Source of the DNA: Eremomyces bilateralis CBS 781.70
Lineage: Eukaryota
Length of the DNA: 64,000 bases
Assembly: GCA_010015585.1 (NCBI GenBank)
Contig: ML975149.1
Reading direction: 5' to 3' (one strand)
Both the position numbers and the translations under genes were made by a program. This document shows, piece after piece, positions 1 to 13,159 of the stretch. Under the pieces are notes generated by a model, which was not told the DNA's origin, did no database searches, and saw nothing but the letters and a program-made list of their open reading frames with translations. Within the stretch, counting starts at the first letter, position 1. Each line of letters opens with the position of its first letter.

Positions 1-868
1 CGAGGGGGCGGAGGGGGCGGAGGGGGCGGGAACGGGTGGAGGCGGTGGTGCGGATGGAGGAGCGGGCGTTGAGCGTCCGGGAAAAGGGGGCGGTGGGGCA
101 TGCGCGGAAGGTTTTCGAGATGCGGGAGGGGGTATCGGGGGTTTTTTGCCAATTGGCGGTGGTTTCGGTTTCGATGCCACCTCTGGGGCGCTATGCGTGG
201 AGGCGATCGACATCGGGCGCAGGTTGCTCTTCAATGCGGCTATGCTGGGTAACGATGCATTGCCTGAAGGCACGGGTGGCGCCGCTCGATGGGTGGTTGG
301 TGGTTTCGGTGCCGAAGGCGCTGGACGAAAGCCCCGAGACGATTCGGGATCTGACAGATATGGCGAATTCTTCTCCGCTCCTGTGTTAATCCCGCCCCCA
401 CCCGTTTTCCGTAGCTTCGGGATGCCTCCTGCTAAAATCCCCGCAAGCTGAGGTGGTCCGGATCCTCCACCTCCAGCATCATTCCCGCCATCGCTACTGC
501 TGCGCGCTCGGTTTCCGGGCGGAGGAGGAGCAAGGCCGCTGGGCTTCCTTTGTCCACCAGGTATGACGGGAACAGGCGGTGCCCCAACAGTAGATCCGCC
601 AGAGCTGCCAGCTTTTTGGCCTACGGTCGGAGCACTTCGATCATTCGTAACCGCTTTCTTTAATATCGCGCCTTGCTGGATACTGGAGAGTAGAGCACCC
701 TGGTGGAAGTTAGTCTATAGCTCCACAAGCTTCAAGATCGACTTAACCTACCCGACCAGGTCCCGCTGGAGCTCTTGCGGGTAGTCCGCCAGGTGGAGGT
801 GGAGGAGGACCTGGAGCAGGCGGTGGGCCTGGTGGTGGAGGCGGCGGAGGTGGTGGAGGAGGAGGCAT
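1..868 (-). CDS. VRP1: Verprolin/WIP-like proline-rich actin regulator with WH2 domain (3' part runs off the window)
   Basis: ATG at 868 gives MPPPPPPPP...; intron 751-700 (GTAGGT...ACTAAC...CAG); exon 2 encodes the WH2 motif GALLSSIQQGAILKKAVTNDRSAP followed by polyproline tracts. Confidence 0.85.
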
Positions 869-1288
869 GGTGTTGGAGTGGCTTCAAGTTAGGAAGTTCA
901 TGAGAATGGACACCTCTCAGCGGCACTCGTCCGTAAGTTGGGAGAGATGTCAAGGGTCCGAAGAGCAGTCTCTCGTGTCGGGGAATTGGAAGAGTGCCTT
1001 GTAGAAGGAGATTGGTTGGATCCAAGTGCGATCTGATGGAAGAAACGCACAATCAGGTCGCCATTACGTTGTGAGACCCGTGGCGCAGGAGCCTCAAGTG
1101 TGGCGCAGCAAACTTTCTCAACGTCCTCCGAAGATCTGAATATCAGAAAACACTCCGATGATCATACTATTCACGAATTTTCCTAATCCGAGTTAAGGCG
1201 CTGTTGTTATTTGATTATTGCATACAACTAGTATATATTGTTACTTTGGATTTCACAGTCAGACCTCAAGGTCCTAGAAGCCGCCGCA

Positions 1289-2566
1289 ATGGCTCTTTCA
1301 AGCCGTGTCCCTGGCTCTCTATCAAGAACCATCTGCCTCCGTTGTCAGTCTCGAATTTTACGACAGCCTTTCCAGTCGCTCGCCTCAGAAGCCTCGAACT
1401 CAATTCGGCATGCATCGCGGAGACGGCCAGTCGCATTTAGCCTCTACAGGGCGTATGCGAGCTCGACATCAGCGGCATCGAGTCTGCTGGGCTCGCACGA
1501 CGCTCCAACGCCGACAGTAAAAGAGCCGAGTCCTCAGGAAACAACCGTCCAACCTGGCTCTTACGCCAAAGTGAACAGCTTGATCGATCAGGCCCAGCAG
1601 GCGGGCGAAGCCATCCTTTCTTCATCTCAAGTGCCACCAGAAAATAGCGCCTTGAATGCCTTCAAACTCATCGAGGGGGCTGCTCAATCCCTTACCGGCG
1701 ACGCCTCTTCCCTCCCCTCCCTCCCCGAGTCCTCCATCTCCCAAGCCGAAGCGCTTTTGACTCTCCACAATACAACTGCCACCCCCCTCCCGCAGTCCCT
1801 GTCCGTCCAAGCCGATGTCCTCTCCACCCTTGCGCACCGCCTCATGGTCCACCCCCCCGTCTTCATCTCCTCAGATCTCCTCGCAATCTACACGAACATC
1901 CAACGCCTCCTCCACCGCCCCTACACCTTCCCCGAAATCTTCCACCTCTATGCCATTAAACCCGCCCCCACCCCAAACACCAATCCCCTCGAATACACCC
2001 CCCAAAACCCCACGGCCCCCGACTCCGCCGTCCCGCAACCCATCTCCGTCGCCGCCCTCAACGCCGCCCTCCCTACAAAAAATCTTGACCTTGCCCTCGA
2101 CATCATCGCCACCACCTCCGCCGCCCCCGCGCAGCGCCGCGCCAAGCTCCTCAAGAAAGCCCTCCCCCCGGCCGTCGTCATCGGCGCGTTCCCCGCCGTC
2201 CTCTTCATCGGCGCCTCGCAGTTCGCCATGACGCAGTCTGTTCTGCCGACGAGCACTGCGCTGACGGTGCTGTTCGGCGGGATGCTAACCTACTTCGGGG
2301 CGACGGGGACGCTGGCCTATGTAACGATCACGACGGTGAACGATCATATGGTACGGGTGACGTGGGCGCAGGGGGTGCCATTGTGGGAGCGGTGGGTGCG
2401 CGAGGAGGAGAGGGCGGCGGTGGATCGGATCGTGTGTGCGTGGGGTTTCAAGGAGGAGGAGAGGTGGGGGGAGGAGGAGGGGGCGATGTGGGAGGAGTTG
2501 AAGGAGTGGGCGGGGAGCAGGGCGATGATTGTGGATCGGACGGAGTTGATGGCGGGAATGCAGTGA
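1289..2566 (+). CDS. Fungal hypothetical protein, probably mitochondrial membrane
   Basis: 425-aa intronless ORF from ATG 1289; Arg/Ser-rich presequence-like N-terminus with CLRC motif; two hydrophobic helices near the C-terminus followed by RVTWAQGVPLWERWVREEERAA. Confidence 0.75.
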   Translation: MALSSRVPGSLSRTICLRCQSRILRQPFQSLASEASNSIRHASRRRPVAFSLYRAYASSTSAASSLLGSHDAPTPTVKEPSPQETTVQPGSYAKVNSLIDQAQQAGEAILSSSQVPPENSALNAFKLIEGAAQSLTGDASSLPSLPESSISQAEALLTLHNTTATPLPQSLSVQADVLSTLAHRLMVHPPVFISSDLLAIYTNIQRLLHRPYTFPEIFHLYAIKPAPTPNTNPLEYTPQNPTAPDSAVPQPISVAALNAALPTKNLDLALDIIATTSAAPAQRRAKLLKKALPPAVVIGAFPAVLFIGASQFAMTQSVLPTSTALTVLFGGMLTYFGATGTLAYVTITTVNDHMVRVTWAQGVPLWERWVREEERAAVDRIVCAWGFKEEERWGEEEGAMWEELKEWAGSRAMIVDRTELMAGMQ

Positions 2567-2668
2567 TTCTCATGATTTAGTCCAGCAATCGGTTGCATTG
2601 GAATAGTTCATTGGAATGTAATATATCTCGACCGTCGAGGGTCTGTACAGTACATTATACGGAAGAAA

Positions 2669-4591
2669 TTAAGCATTCGATGGACCTCGACCGGCCGATG
2701 ATATCCGGCTTGCCCTCCTCTCTTCCTCACAAGCCTCCTCTAGCACCCGCCGCTCATCTGCCGTCAACTCGCTCTTTGCTTTTTGCATTCTCACAAAGCA
2801 AATCAACACGACCAACGCGAATCCCGCGCAGGCGACTTCGTACCAGAAGGCGGTTTTATAACCCCTTCGAAGCTCTTCGATAGGCGGAAGGTCTTCTTTT
2901 TGGGAGGTGGTGTAGGTCACAATGACATCGGTGAAGCCCAGCATTGTGGCGATGCCGAGTTGGACGAGAGAATTGATGATGGCGCCCGCGAGGCCTTGAC
3001 GGGCGAGGGGCAACGAAGTGGTAATCTGGAGGGGTTAGAGTTGAGCGAGATATTTGGACAATAAGACATACGAAGATATTCGTGACATTGAAAGTGATGT
3101 CGATTGCAATAGTAGCACAAATCATTCTGAGCCATTGTTAGCGGACGCTAGACTCCTGCGAACAGAGAATTGCACTTACGAAGGAAACGTATACGCCCAG
3201 TAATTGGCTCCCGGAGGTGCAATGGCGAAGAGGAGAGGTGCAATGATCCAGGCAATCCCAGAAAAAAGTATCAACACTGTCCCAGGGACCATATGCATGA
3301 TGAAACCACCACCCGTTGCAATAACGCATCCACCAAATGCCATGGGAGTGAACCAAGCGACCAACTGCATTGGTTCGCCGCTCATAATATCAGTCATACT
3401 ATAAGACTTTGTTAACATACGCCACTTCCAAGAATGCGGTTTCAGACACTTACTATAAAGTCCCATATAACAGGAAGATACCAAACGAGCCATATGAAAA
3501 GAAAAGAGCGAGCATTAAAGGCTTCATATACTTGACCGCGAATAGATCTCGGGGTAACAGTGGCATGGCAACCTTTCGTTCCGCAAAGAAAGCTGCGACG
3601 AGACAGAGTACTCCGACGATAAGAATCGCATAGATGTACGGCGTGCCCCAGCGTTGCGACGCATGGGAAGACTGAGTGATGGAGAAGACGACGAGGATCA
3701 GCCCGATGGAGGTCAGGATGGCGCCGGGCCAGTCCATTTTGATGCCCATCCCTCTTCGTTCCTTGATATCCGACGGGATGGACCAGAGGGAAATGACTAC
3801 GGTCAGCCCGCTGAGGATCGCGCCAATGAAGAAATACCATCGCCAAGTGGTATATTGACCCGCGACACCTGCATTGGTTCAGTAATGTTCATTTCAATAT
3901 CGGATGCTAACGTACCTGCAAAAAATATGCCGATAAAGAACCCCAACGGCGCCATGGCGCCATAGATGCTAAAAACGATATTCTTTCGCGGTCCAGGGCG
4001 ATAGACACTCCCCAGCAACATCAGTCCCGCAGGTAAATACGCTGCCGGCCCCAATCCTTGCATTGCCCGCGCGACGTCCAGCATGATTTCGTTCTGGGCG
4101 AAGCCCGCGACGATGGACCAGATCGTGAGCCAGGCCATGCCTGCGACATACAAAGGATAACCTCCCCACATATCCGCCAGCCGCCCAAAGACGAGAAGAA
4201 ACGACGAAACGACGAGGGAGAACGCGGAGGCGGGCCATGTCTGCGACGCCCGGGGAATATCCAACGCGGTGGTGACGGACGGGACGATGACGGTGAATCC
4301 GGAGACGAAATATTCCGTCAGGGCTTGAGACATGGTGATGCTGAAGCAGAAGAGGATCTCCGATAGAAGCGTCTTGAATCTGTCTGGTCTTTGCCGGCCG
4401 AGCCGTTCTAGTTCGGACTGAGAATAGAGGGAGCTTTGGGATGGGCTCCGACGCAAAACCTTTTCTTTGTTGGAGACTTCAATATTCTCCCCCTCTGCTT
4501 CTCCATTTTGCTGCTGCGGACGTTCAATGGGATCTAACTCGACATCGCGATATTCAGATACTCCGCCGACCTGTGCCGGTGGGGCGGGCAT
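2669..4591 (-). CDS. MFS drug:H+ antiporter, 14-TMS (DHA2 / Atr1-like)
   Basis: Consecutive minus-strand exons encode hydrophobic helices with motif A-like GRLADMWG, ARAMQGLG and MDWPGA; several short introns between ~3025 and ~3915. Confidence 0.85.
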
Positions 4592-5321
4592 TCTCTGAAG
4601 AAAACCCTAAGAAAAATAGAGGGATGAACAATATAAATGAGTATAAGGTTCTAAAAAGATGAGACATTGATATTCCTGATCCCAGGGTCTTTGACAAACA
4701 AAAACTCAGAGTTTGCCTCTCCAATGGAGCCTCTATCAGAGAAAATGACGTTCGAGATATGTCTGCCGACATTGACACCATAGATGGATGGGCAAACTGA
4801 AGTTGAAATAGACTCATGCGCGCTTTCATAGTCCCACTTCAAGCCCACTTTAGGCCTAGAAATATTCTTTGAAATGCGCCAAAGCGCTCATTTCATGACA
4901 ATCCAAGGGGAGACTCTTGATAGCACTCGGGAGCGAGCCTTCCGGATCAAAGTCTCGCTCCCGATTTCAAGTCTGGCTCCCGGTTCAAAGTCTTCGGCTG
5001 ATTGGCCACCACTAACCAAAATGTCCAGACGAATGTATTATGACGACCGCTAAACCATTTCTAGGCTAGCCGTCAGCCAAGGTGATATTTGCTAAGCCGG
5101 AGGTGGTTTGGCGGTGCTGGGTATTACGGAACTGTTGAGTGGGCAGATCGTTAGCGCGCTTTTGATAACGCTATTAATGAGCGGCTAGCCACAGCTGGTG
5201 AGTTCTTAGGTGATCATTTCAACCATTGGGTGGATCTTATCAAGAAAATGGAGAGAAAACGGGGACGAGATGACACATCTGAAAAATTCTGAAGGGCGAA
5301 AAGGTTGTCGGTCGTCTGAGA

Positions 5322-5358
5322 TGACTAAGTAAAGTTTAATGAAACGGCTGACTAAGTA
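5322..5358. promoter_or_regulatory. Two copies of TGACTAAGTA (Yap1/AP-1-type response elements) upstream of the MFS gene
   Basis: TGACTAA at 5322 and 5349, about 730-760 bp 5' of the MFS start codon; motif match only. Confidence 0.35.
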
Positions 5359-6774
5359 GGATTCTTCGTAAACTTGCCAACCGTGCCAACCTTCGTTGAT
5401 CAGAACCGACGAGGTTTTTCACCTTTATATAAATCATACTTCAGCGTTATTACCAGCTAGGAGATCCACCACTGTCATCAGTCATGCTATTCAGTATTTA
5501 TTTCTTGGGGTTTATAAAAGTCGCCAAGTCATATTTCCAAGTTTCCAGGCCACTGTAATCCACCAGAATCTCTCCGGTCCATCGTGCAGCTCAACAGGAC
5601 GTCAATACTAAGCTCAAGATTCTGGCCTCCAGCTTCCCCAGGTCAAAGGGCACATCAATCATCATGTCGAAGGGCACGTCAATAATCATCACATCTACAT
5701 TTTTAACCAAGTTGGATACAGATTCGCTCGCATGTCAACATTCCCGGTGATGCTCTCTATGCGTTCACGACTTTATTGACGCCGATCACAGCCCTGCCAG
5801 AGACATTTATGCCTGAGTGGCTGCGCTTGTGCATGTGCCTGGCAGATCCATCCCCTAGGATTTAGTTCAGTGCCTCAATTCATTTACAATACACAGTATC
5901 GTTTTGATATTCGAAACGCTATCCATATCTATATCTGAGGCAGGAACCCTGATAGGATGAGGAGCCTTCTCTGAATACTGGACCAAGACTGACATACAAC
6001 AACACCGTCCCGTGAATGCTGGCACCAGTCACAGTCAGTTCAAGCTCTTATCTTGCTCTGAATGCAGTGCAAACAACGGCACGGGATTTGAAGCACTGCA
6101 CCGTGCCGAAATGAGTCCGAAGCAGCGGATCAAACCCACGCTGCTGTGGTTCCACAGTCAACCAAGGTGCCCTACACAATATACCAATCAAATAGCACCA
6201 TCCCAGTCCGCTATTGTTCAAAAGGTTTGGGGTCTAGAAGTATCCATGCCATAATCCGATTCTATCAGACACTGACTTTGTCATTCTGGCCAGCAAATGA
6301 CTCCTATACTGTGCGTGAACCCCTGGATAAGAACAACGATATCGAAGCTTAGGATAAAATGAGTACCATGGTTATGAATATTATCTTGCCAATTTATAGG
6401 GAACAATTAGAAAAACTTCCGATGGTGGCGATGCTACACCTAGCGACACACCAGCCTTCCCAGATCATGATGACCTTCTGGATGGCTTGCTCTCCCTCGC
6501 GTGTGTGCATCAGATCCCCACTTTGCTCAGCAACCTCATACCTAGATAGGAGACCCCGTCGACGACCTTTACACCGTGCATCGATAGGCTTTGCTCTCAC
6601 TCATTACATCAAGCAAACACCATTCATTTTAACGGCTGTTGCCATAGGCGGGCCTCGAGATCGCGGTTGACAGCCCTCGAGGGCTTTTCCTTTGCGTTTT
6701 GGCGATAATGAGCGCTTCTGCACGATCGTGCACTGCCCGGTCCTGCATCAGTTAATACCTTTCCGATTTCCACC

Positions 6775-8259
6775 ATGGCTTTTCTTGAGAGCATGCCCTA
6801 TGAAATATTAGTCAAGATCCTCGAGGGTATCACACACGTGTACGATCTTGGGAATCTGGTCCAAACCTCTCGGCTGATGAGCAAGGTCTTTGAGTCGTGT
6901 GTTCAGCGGCTGTTTGTGAACAGCTTGAAATCCTCCGATTTATGCCTCAGGATCCAGTATGCGATTTATGTGGTCACCTTATCGGAGGCCAATCTTCCAA
7001 TTGATCCAGAGATTCTTCACGCGGTGACGAACCAGCTCCCGCCGTCTCGGCCCGGGCCACAAAAGTGGGACACATCTGAGATCATCTATCCTGCAGATAT
7101 CCTGGCTGCGGTGATCCAGGACGTGCTGAAGTTGTGCACCAATATACATGGGCTCGCTTCCCGATGCCTAGAAGAATTTCTTAGACGATGCAGGGAGATT
7201 CGGCCCTCCCAGAGCAACGAAGTCTTTGCCCTTGGTGAAACCTATGAAGAGAGTTGCGAAGCTTTTAATGGTATATGTAAGCGAGCAACACCTTTTCAAC
7301 CGGGCGAGATGGGGCCTCCAGATTGGTTCGAACTCCAGAGAGTTACCCGAGCTTTATGGCTATTGCAGATGTTGCTCACCAGAAGGCTTCTCTCGTCATC
7401 GAAATTGGCATTGAAGATATCCTTCCAAAACTTTCTGCTAGGCCTAAGTGGCAATACCGAGACGGAGCCCTTTAATCGGTTTCGTAGGCGACTCTATGTG
7501 AACTATCTACACGATGAGTTTTGAACTATCCATGATTGCCTTCAAGACCTCATGACTCCGAAATCCAGCGAATTCATTGTAGAAGGCCTCATCAGCCGCA
7601 TGATCGACGCCAACGACCTTCCTAAATATACAATGCGGAAGCTCCCTAAACCCCCCAAGAAATTGAACGCTATCTGTGTTTTAATATCCCTAAGCTGGAG
7701 ACCGCCAGCGTCGGAAGCAGCTGGTTTCAGAGGAGAATGGCCAATTGCCGTCGATCCCCTTTCTAGAGGTTGTCTTTCGCTCCAACGATTAGGATTTGGT
7801 CTTTGGTCTTTGGAAAGAATGGTTGGCTTGGGACTATTCTGCGACAACATTCAATGCCAGTGTACTTTGTATCATGACCCGGAATCCATTTATAACCATT
7901 ATTGGGTTGTCTGGATGACAGTCTTGCCCCGGAGGCAGTTGTTCGTACCCGAAAACCTTTCAGTGACTGAGTTGTGGAGATATATCAACGGAGAAATCCA
8001 GGGACTGACATGGGAAGGTTCTCGGTTTCATTATCTAGACGGCGGGATCCACCAGTACCAATCCATGTCTTCTGAGTACACAGACAAAATGAAGAGCATG
8101 TATCGGAACCTGATCAAAAAATTGGTCCCCAAGCCGTGCACGACGCGGCTTGCCGAGGCACACTTTTCGAATTGGCGGAGAGCCATGTTCCTGTGGAGTC
8201 GTGGACGCGGTTCCCTATGGCATGGTGTGAAAAGGATAATTATCGTCGACCTGGCCTAG
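6775..8259 (+). pseudogene. F-box-like hypothetical protein interrupted by one in-frame TGA
   Basis: ORFs 6775-7524 and 7552-8259 are in the same frame, separated only by TGA 7522-7524; N-terminus LESMPYEILVKIL is F-box-like. Confidence 0.6.
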
Positions 8260-8975
8260 TCTGACATGGCACAAGTACGTCTAGTATTCCCATGATCACC
8301 GGCAGGATGGGAACCATGAGACCGCCCGTTCCGGTGGACGCGAATGGCTTTCCGCCTCCCTACCGATCTGTATCTATGCTGATCTGGGGCTTGACTTATA
8401 TGGGAGCATCGAGCTGAGCTATTACGACACTGATTTCTAGGTCAATCAGGAGACTCATAGGGTATCCTAATGCTAAACTATAACTGGCAGTTGCGCTGAC
8501 TGTGACTCACAATAAACAGACTGAGTAGCACTGAAAGAGGTAACCGTAGAGCCGATAATTGGTGGGCTCTCAAGAAATAATGCCCTTGCAGTGATCCCCG
8601 ACTGTATATCGGACCCCTGTTGTGAACTACCTTCGATTTTGGTAAAGATTATCGTTGTTGCACCTGGGAAATGATAGTGGCGGGTGAATGAATTTGCTTA
8701 GGCAGCACATATAAACCAGTTAAGCTGATTTATGATTAAGGATGCCACTGCGGTCAATCCAGGGCATAAAGTACTTATCCTGGAGGCAGTACCAGGGTCT
8801 GAAATCGGGAGGGAGAACGCTGTGGTCAAGGTTCGACTCTGCGCCCTATACTTGTCTTCTGTCTTCTCTCTCTTTTTTTCCCCGATTACTAGTAAGACCG
8901 ATGCGAAACCTTACAAGTCGCGAATGTCACGGTCTGTTTCTCAAAGTGTATCCACGCTCCATTGCAACCCAGCCA

Positions 8976-9500
8976 TGAACCATTCGTCACATCTACCACT
9001 CCGTGCCCAATCTCAGAAACACGGCTTCAGTCATCCACGTCCCCCAAACCAACCCCCGCCGCCCCGCATTCAATTACTTCCTCTCCAAATACCGCGACAT
9101 TCGCCTCTTATCCCTTCAGATCAACCCCCGAGTCCTTCGGCTCTAGCCACGAGCGGGGGTCGGGGTTCAGTAAGGAGGACTGGACGGATCGACTGATGAA
9201 CCCACTAGCGCATTTATATGTGGCAGTGGCTTCGACGGACGAGCAACTGTCAGAGTTCGACAGTGATGGCGATTCACGGGCAGATGTGGAGCTACGGCGA
9301 CTGATATCGGGACAATGGGTCGGGATGACTGTCTTGATCGGGCCGGTTGCTAAGACAGAAGGGGAGGTGAATACAATGATTCCACCGGATGTGGATTGTG
9401 ATCCATCGAAGGCAGCACGTCCTTCGACTGTGGACTTCGTCATTAACGGGTGTTTGTCACGCCGGAATGGCGAGGTTGGGGCGTGGCGAAGCGACTGAAG
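8976..9500 (+). pseudogene. Frameshifted GNAT-family acetyltransferase
   Basis: Segments KYRDIRLLSLQ / PESFGSSHER...DWTDRLMNPLAHLYVA...WVGMTVLIGP / VFVTPEWRGWGVAKRL (acetyl-CoA motif A) lie in different frames. Confidence 0.65.
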
Positions 9501-9672
9501 CGAAGAAAAGGGGGAGAGAAGACGTGGACGAAATGCTGCCGAAGCAGATCTAATAACGTCTATGGATGGGGAATATACCTGTAGCCTTGGTATCCGGCAT
9601 AGAAACACCACTGACACATAAACCCAAGAACGCCCCAGAATAACTTGAACGCTTGACCGACCCATCCATCAA

Positions 9673-12549
9673 TCACTCCTTCCCTCCCCTCTTCTTCACC
9701 GCCCTCATCCCCGCAATACACCCATCCCGCCCCACCCGCCTCCCCACCTCCACTACCACCATCCGCGTAAAGTCCCGACTCAACCAATACGAGCTATGCG
9801 CCCCCAGCATCGTCAGATACTTAATCTCCAGCGCACCGCCGCCATACCGCAGGAAAAAGTCCACCTGCCCGTTGTCGTTGAGCAGGTACGCCCGCTTCTC
9901 CGCGATCTCCTCCCGCGTGAAATTATGCGTTTCGAGCTCAACGGTTGATGGTAAGCGTGTCATATGGCCGGGGTGTGGCATGGTTGGGAGTGGGACGGTG
10001 GAGTTCGCCGCACGGGAGAAGAGCCCACCGCGAGAGCTGGGGATCCAGGCGGGTTTGAGCGAGGCAGCGTACGCGGTGTCGACGGCGGCGTTGACCTTGT
10101 ACGCGACGGGGTCGTAGGGGTTGACGATGTTGTAGACGTTATCGACGGCGAGGCAGCCGTACTGCCCCTCGTGGCCGGCGACGCCGGGCGCGAGGGCGTC
10201 GGCGGGGTCGGCGCCAGGTTTGCGGCGGTCGGCGCGGGGGAGGAGGGTCCCACGTTTGAGGAGGAGGAAGAAGCCGATGGGGGATCCAGCGGTGAAGAGG
10301 GAGGTGGTGTTGAAGAGGAAGTGGGTGGTGGGGAGGTCGGAGACGGGGGTAGACGGGTCACCGTAGGAGGGGGGAACATGGGTGGGTTGGGTGGAGAGGA
10401 TGTCGGTAGCCATGACGCTGCCGAGGGAGTGGGCGATGAGGTGGACGCGGCCGTAGAATTGGAAGCCGGGGTTGTTGGCGCACCAGAGGCGGTAGATGCG
10501 GTTGGCTTCGGCGATGCAGACGCGGACCATTTTGGGGTTGTGCTCGGGGGACATGTAGTAGGGAATGTCGAGCATGACGTCGGAGACGATGTCGCGGACC
10601 GCGGGGAGGGAGTCGGGAGTGATGTCTTTCAGGGTGAATTGGTTGAGTGCCGGATCTTCGTTTTCATCGCGGTATCCGCCGTCTTCGAAGGATAAGCCCA
10701 GTCGCCAGTTAACCTACGAATCGTTAGTGTCGAATAGATGCAGAGTATGAATGACAGAACTTACAGGTAAAAGCATAATCCCCCCCATGTCCTCCCGCAA
10801 GTTTGTCTTGACAGTATCAATGCCAAGCTCGACATTAATCTCCCGTCTGAAAGCGTTCATCGCATGAGTGAAATGAAAACTCTCCATCCGTTCCGACAAC
10901 TTCTGCCCAATCCCATGTATGACCAAAATGAGGTCCGTAACCTTGGGTCTTTCAGCTCTTGCTAGAGTCGGGTCAAGCAACTGCCTTTGGGATATCGGAG
11001 GGGCATTATGACCTTGTGCAGTCGAGACACCTTCGGCAGCGTGTACGGCTACCGGAGATTTCTTTGGAGGATGTAGCTTATCCCATACTTCTTGATTAAA
11101 GCCTCGAAGCACGGGAATTCCGATCTTGTGTCCTTTGCGAATGTAGCTGGCGTACGGTCGCCTCCCATAATATTCCGACGGCTGGAGACTCGGACGAAGA
11201 ATGTACGCGTCCTTCTCGTTTGCGTAGATAATGCCGGCACTGGCATAGTGCCGTACTCTGCCATCTTTACCGAAGGGGCTAGTTCCAGTGGCCTTGTTGT
11301 CTGGCCCATCCGGTCCATTCGAGATATCGATAAGCTCTCCAGCACCCGCAGCAGTTTCCGTCCGTTCTTTCTCGGGGTCAACCGCCTCCCGATCCAGCGG
11401 AGTAACGTCTTGCACCACCTCACCTCGCGCAGTCGTCGGCCGACTTTCAGGGACGGTCTTCTTTTCCGGCCAGAGTCTGTGGAGGATCTTCATTTCCCCA
11501 AGAGCACCTACTTCCACCGCACTGTTCAACTCGTCCCTCCAGGTCTCCGTCCACGGCTGCATCTGCAGGTATCCCAGCTCCAGCATGTTCGCGACTTCGG
11601 ACTCTACGGGGAGCATAGTGTCTCTGTAGAACCAGGTCCCGCGGATGACTGCGGCAATGTCCTGTACTGGAGACCAGTATATCGGCTCCATCTGCAGCCG
11701 AGGCATTATCACGCTATGCAGTCGAGATACCCCGACCGGGACCGTCGCAGTCGGACTGGATGAGGTGGGCTTTTGAGATGATGGCGAGGTTCCTGCCCTG
11801 CGATTCATCAGCATGTCTCGAGGTGGATCGTCGCTCCAATCGTAGCTATCCATCATCGTCAGCGCTGGTTTTCCTGGTTTCGGACCGTCACTTGATTCCG
11901 ACATCTGATTGATCTTCGTCCTCGAAGGAGCTCGGATGAACGGATTGCCGGTCGTGAGGGTGTTACCGGATGCTGCGGCCAAACCTGATGTCGGTGTCTG
12001 GCGAACCGGAAGGCTCTGGGAGTATTCCTCGCCGTTTCCGGTTTCCCGCTCTCGTCCGTCTCTATCCAACGCTTCGGTAACTGTACTGCGTCTCCCTGAC
12101 CGATTTCTATCCGGGTCCACGCCCGAAACACCTCTTGACTCTTCCCACGACCACCTCTTCCGCTGCACATCCCCGACCTGGCCCATCGCCCTCCCACTCC
12201 GTGACCCCGCCCTCGACTCCCCTTCCTCCATATCCTTCGACCTGCTCTTCTCGCTCTGCAGATTCTCCTGATATTTCAGCACCTTCTGCCGGAGGTCTAG
12301 CCAGGTTTTCTCCAGCATATGGTTGTCGTATATGGAAAAAGGGCGAGGCGGCTGCTTCGCTGCTGCTGCGGGACCGATCATCTGGGGGGGAAGAGGGGAG
12401 AGAGGGTCGTCGATGGCGAGGGGGGAGGTATAGAAGAACCGCGCTTCTACTGTAGGAGCCCGATCCATTACTCGTGCGTTCTCTCGAGCGTACGAGCTAC
12501 GGACTCGAGCTAGGTCGCCTTGTTCGTCGGGTAAGTTTGCTCGACTCAT
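9673..12549 (-). CDS. DDHD-domain intracellular phospholipase A1
   Basis: LILVIHGIGQ, VNWR across intron 10764-10714, MLDIPYY, lipase box IAHSLGS, NIVNPYDPVAYK and C-terminal AHSSYW; probable 5'UTR intron ~12570-12633. Confidence 0.9.
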
Positions 12550-13159
12550 CTTGAGACGCGACAGTGGTGCTAGAAGAAGGGTTAGTGTACACCGAATGAG
12601 ATATGGACCGGGATATCTTGTGTAAGCGCATACATCACGATAAGTTCCTGGCGGCAATGGTGTATGGAATGCGTTTGCCTAGGTGTTGATAGCTACCTCG
12701 ATGTATCTGTCATAACAAGTTCCGCAAGATTGGAAATACTGTCCGTGCGAAACGGCAAGGAAAGTCACCCTGGACACCCCCGAAAGCAGGCCCATGGCAA
12801 AGATCGTAAACTTTCAATCAGACCTATACCTGAGTGAATTTATACATATTTGTTACTGACGAATGCCGGCAGCAGGATGTTGGAGTTGAACCAAACATTC
12901 AGGCAGAGCATCCGTTGAAACCTGGTGACGTCGACTTTCCGCCTTAAAGCCTCAGGAATCCATTCTTCTTCGATCACAGCAAGCTTCGTGACCTTCGTCA
13001 GATGTTTCTGTCATGATTCACACTCACTTCTCACATCCCTCAAAGCTCAAGCTCCAATTCGCTTAAGGAACAATCGACAAGCAACCAGAGCATGCATGAG
13101 CTCCATGATTAAGAACTAAAACCTCTCCCAACCTTCCCATCCCCACCACCATCACCACC

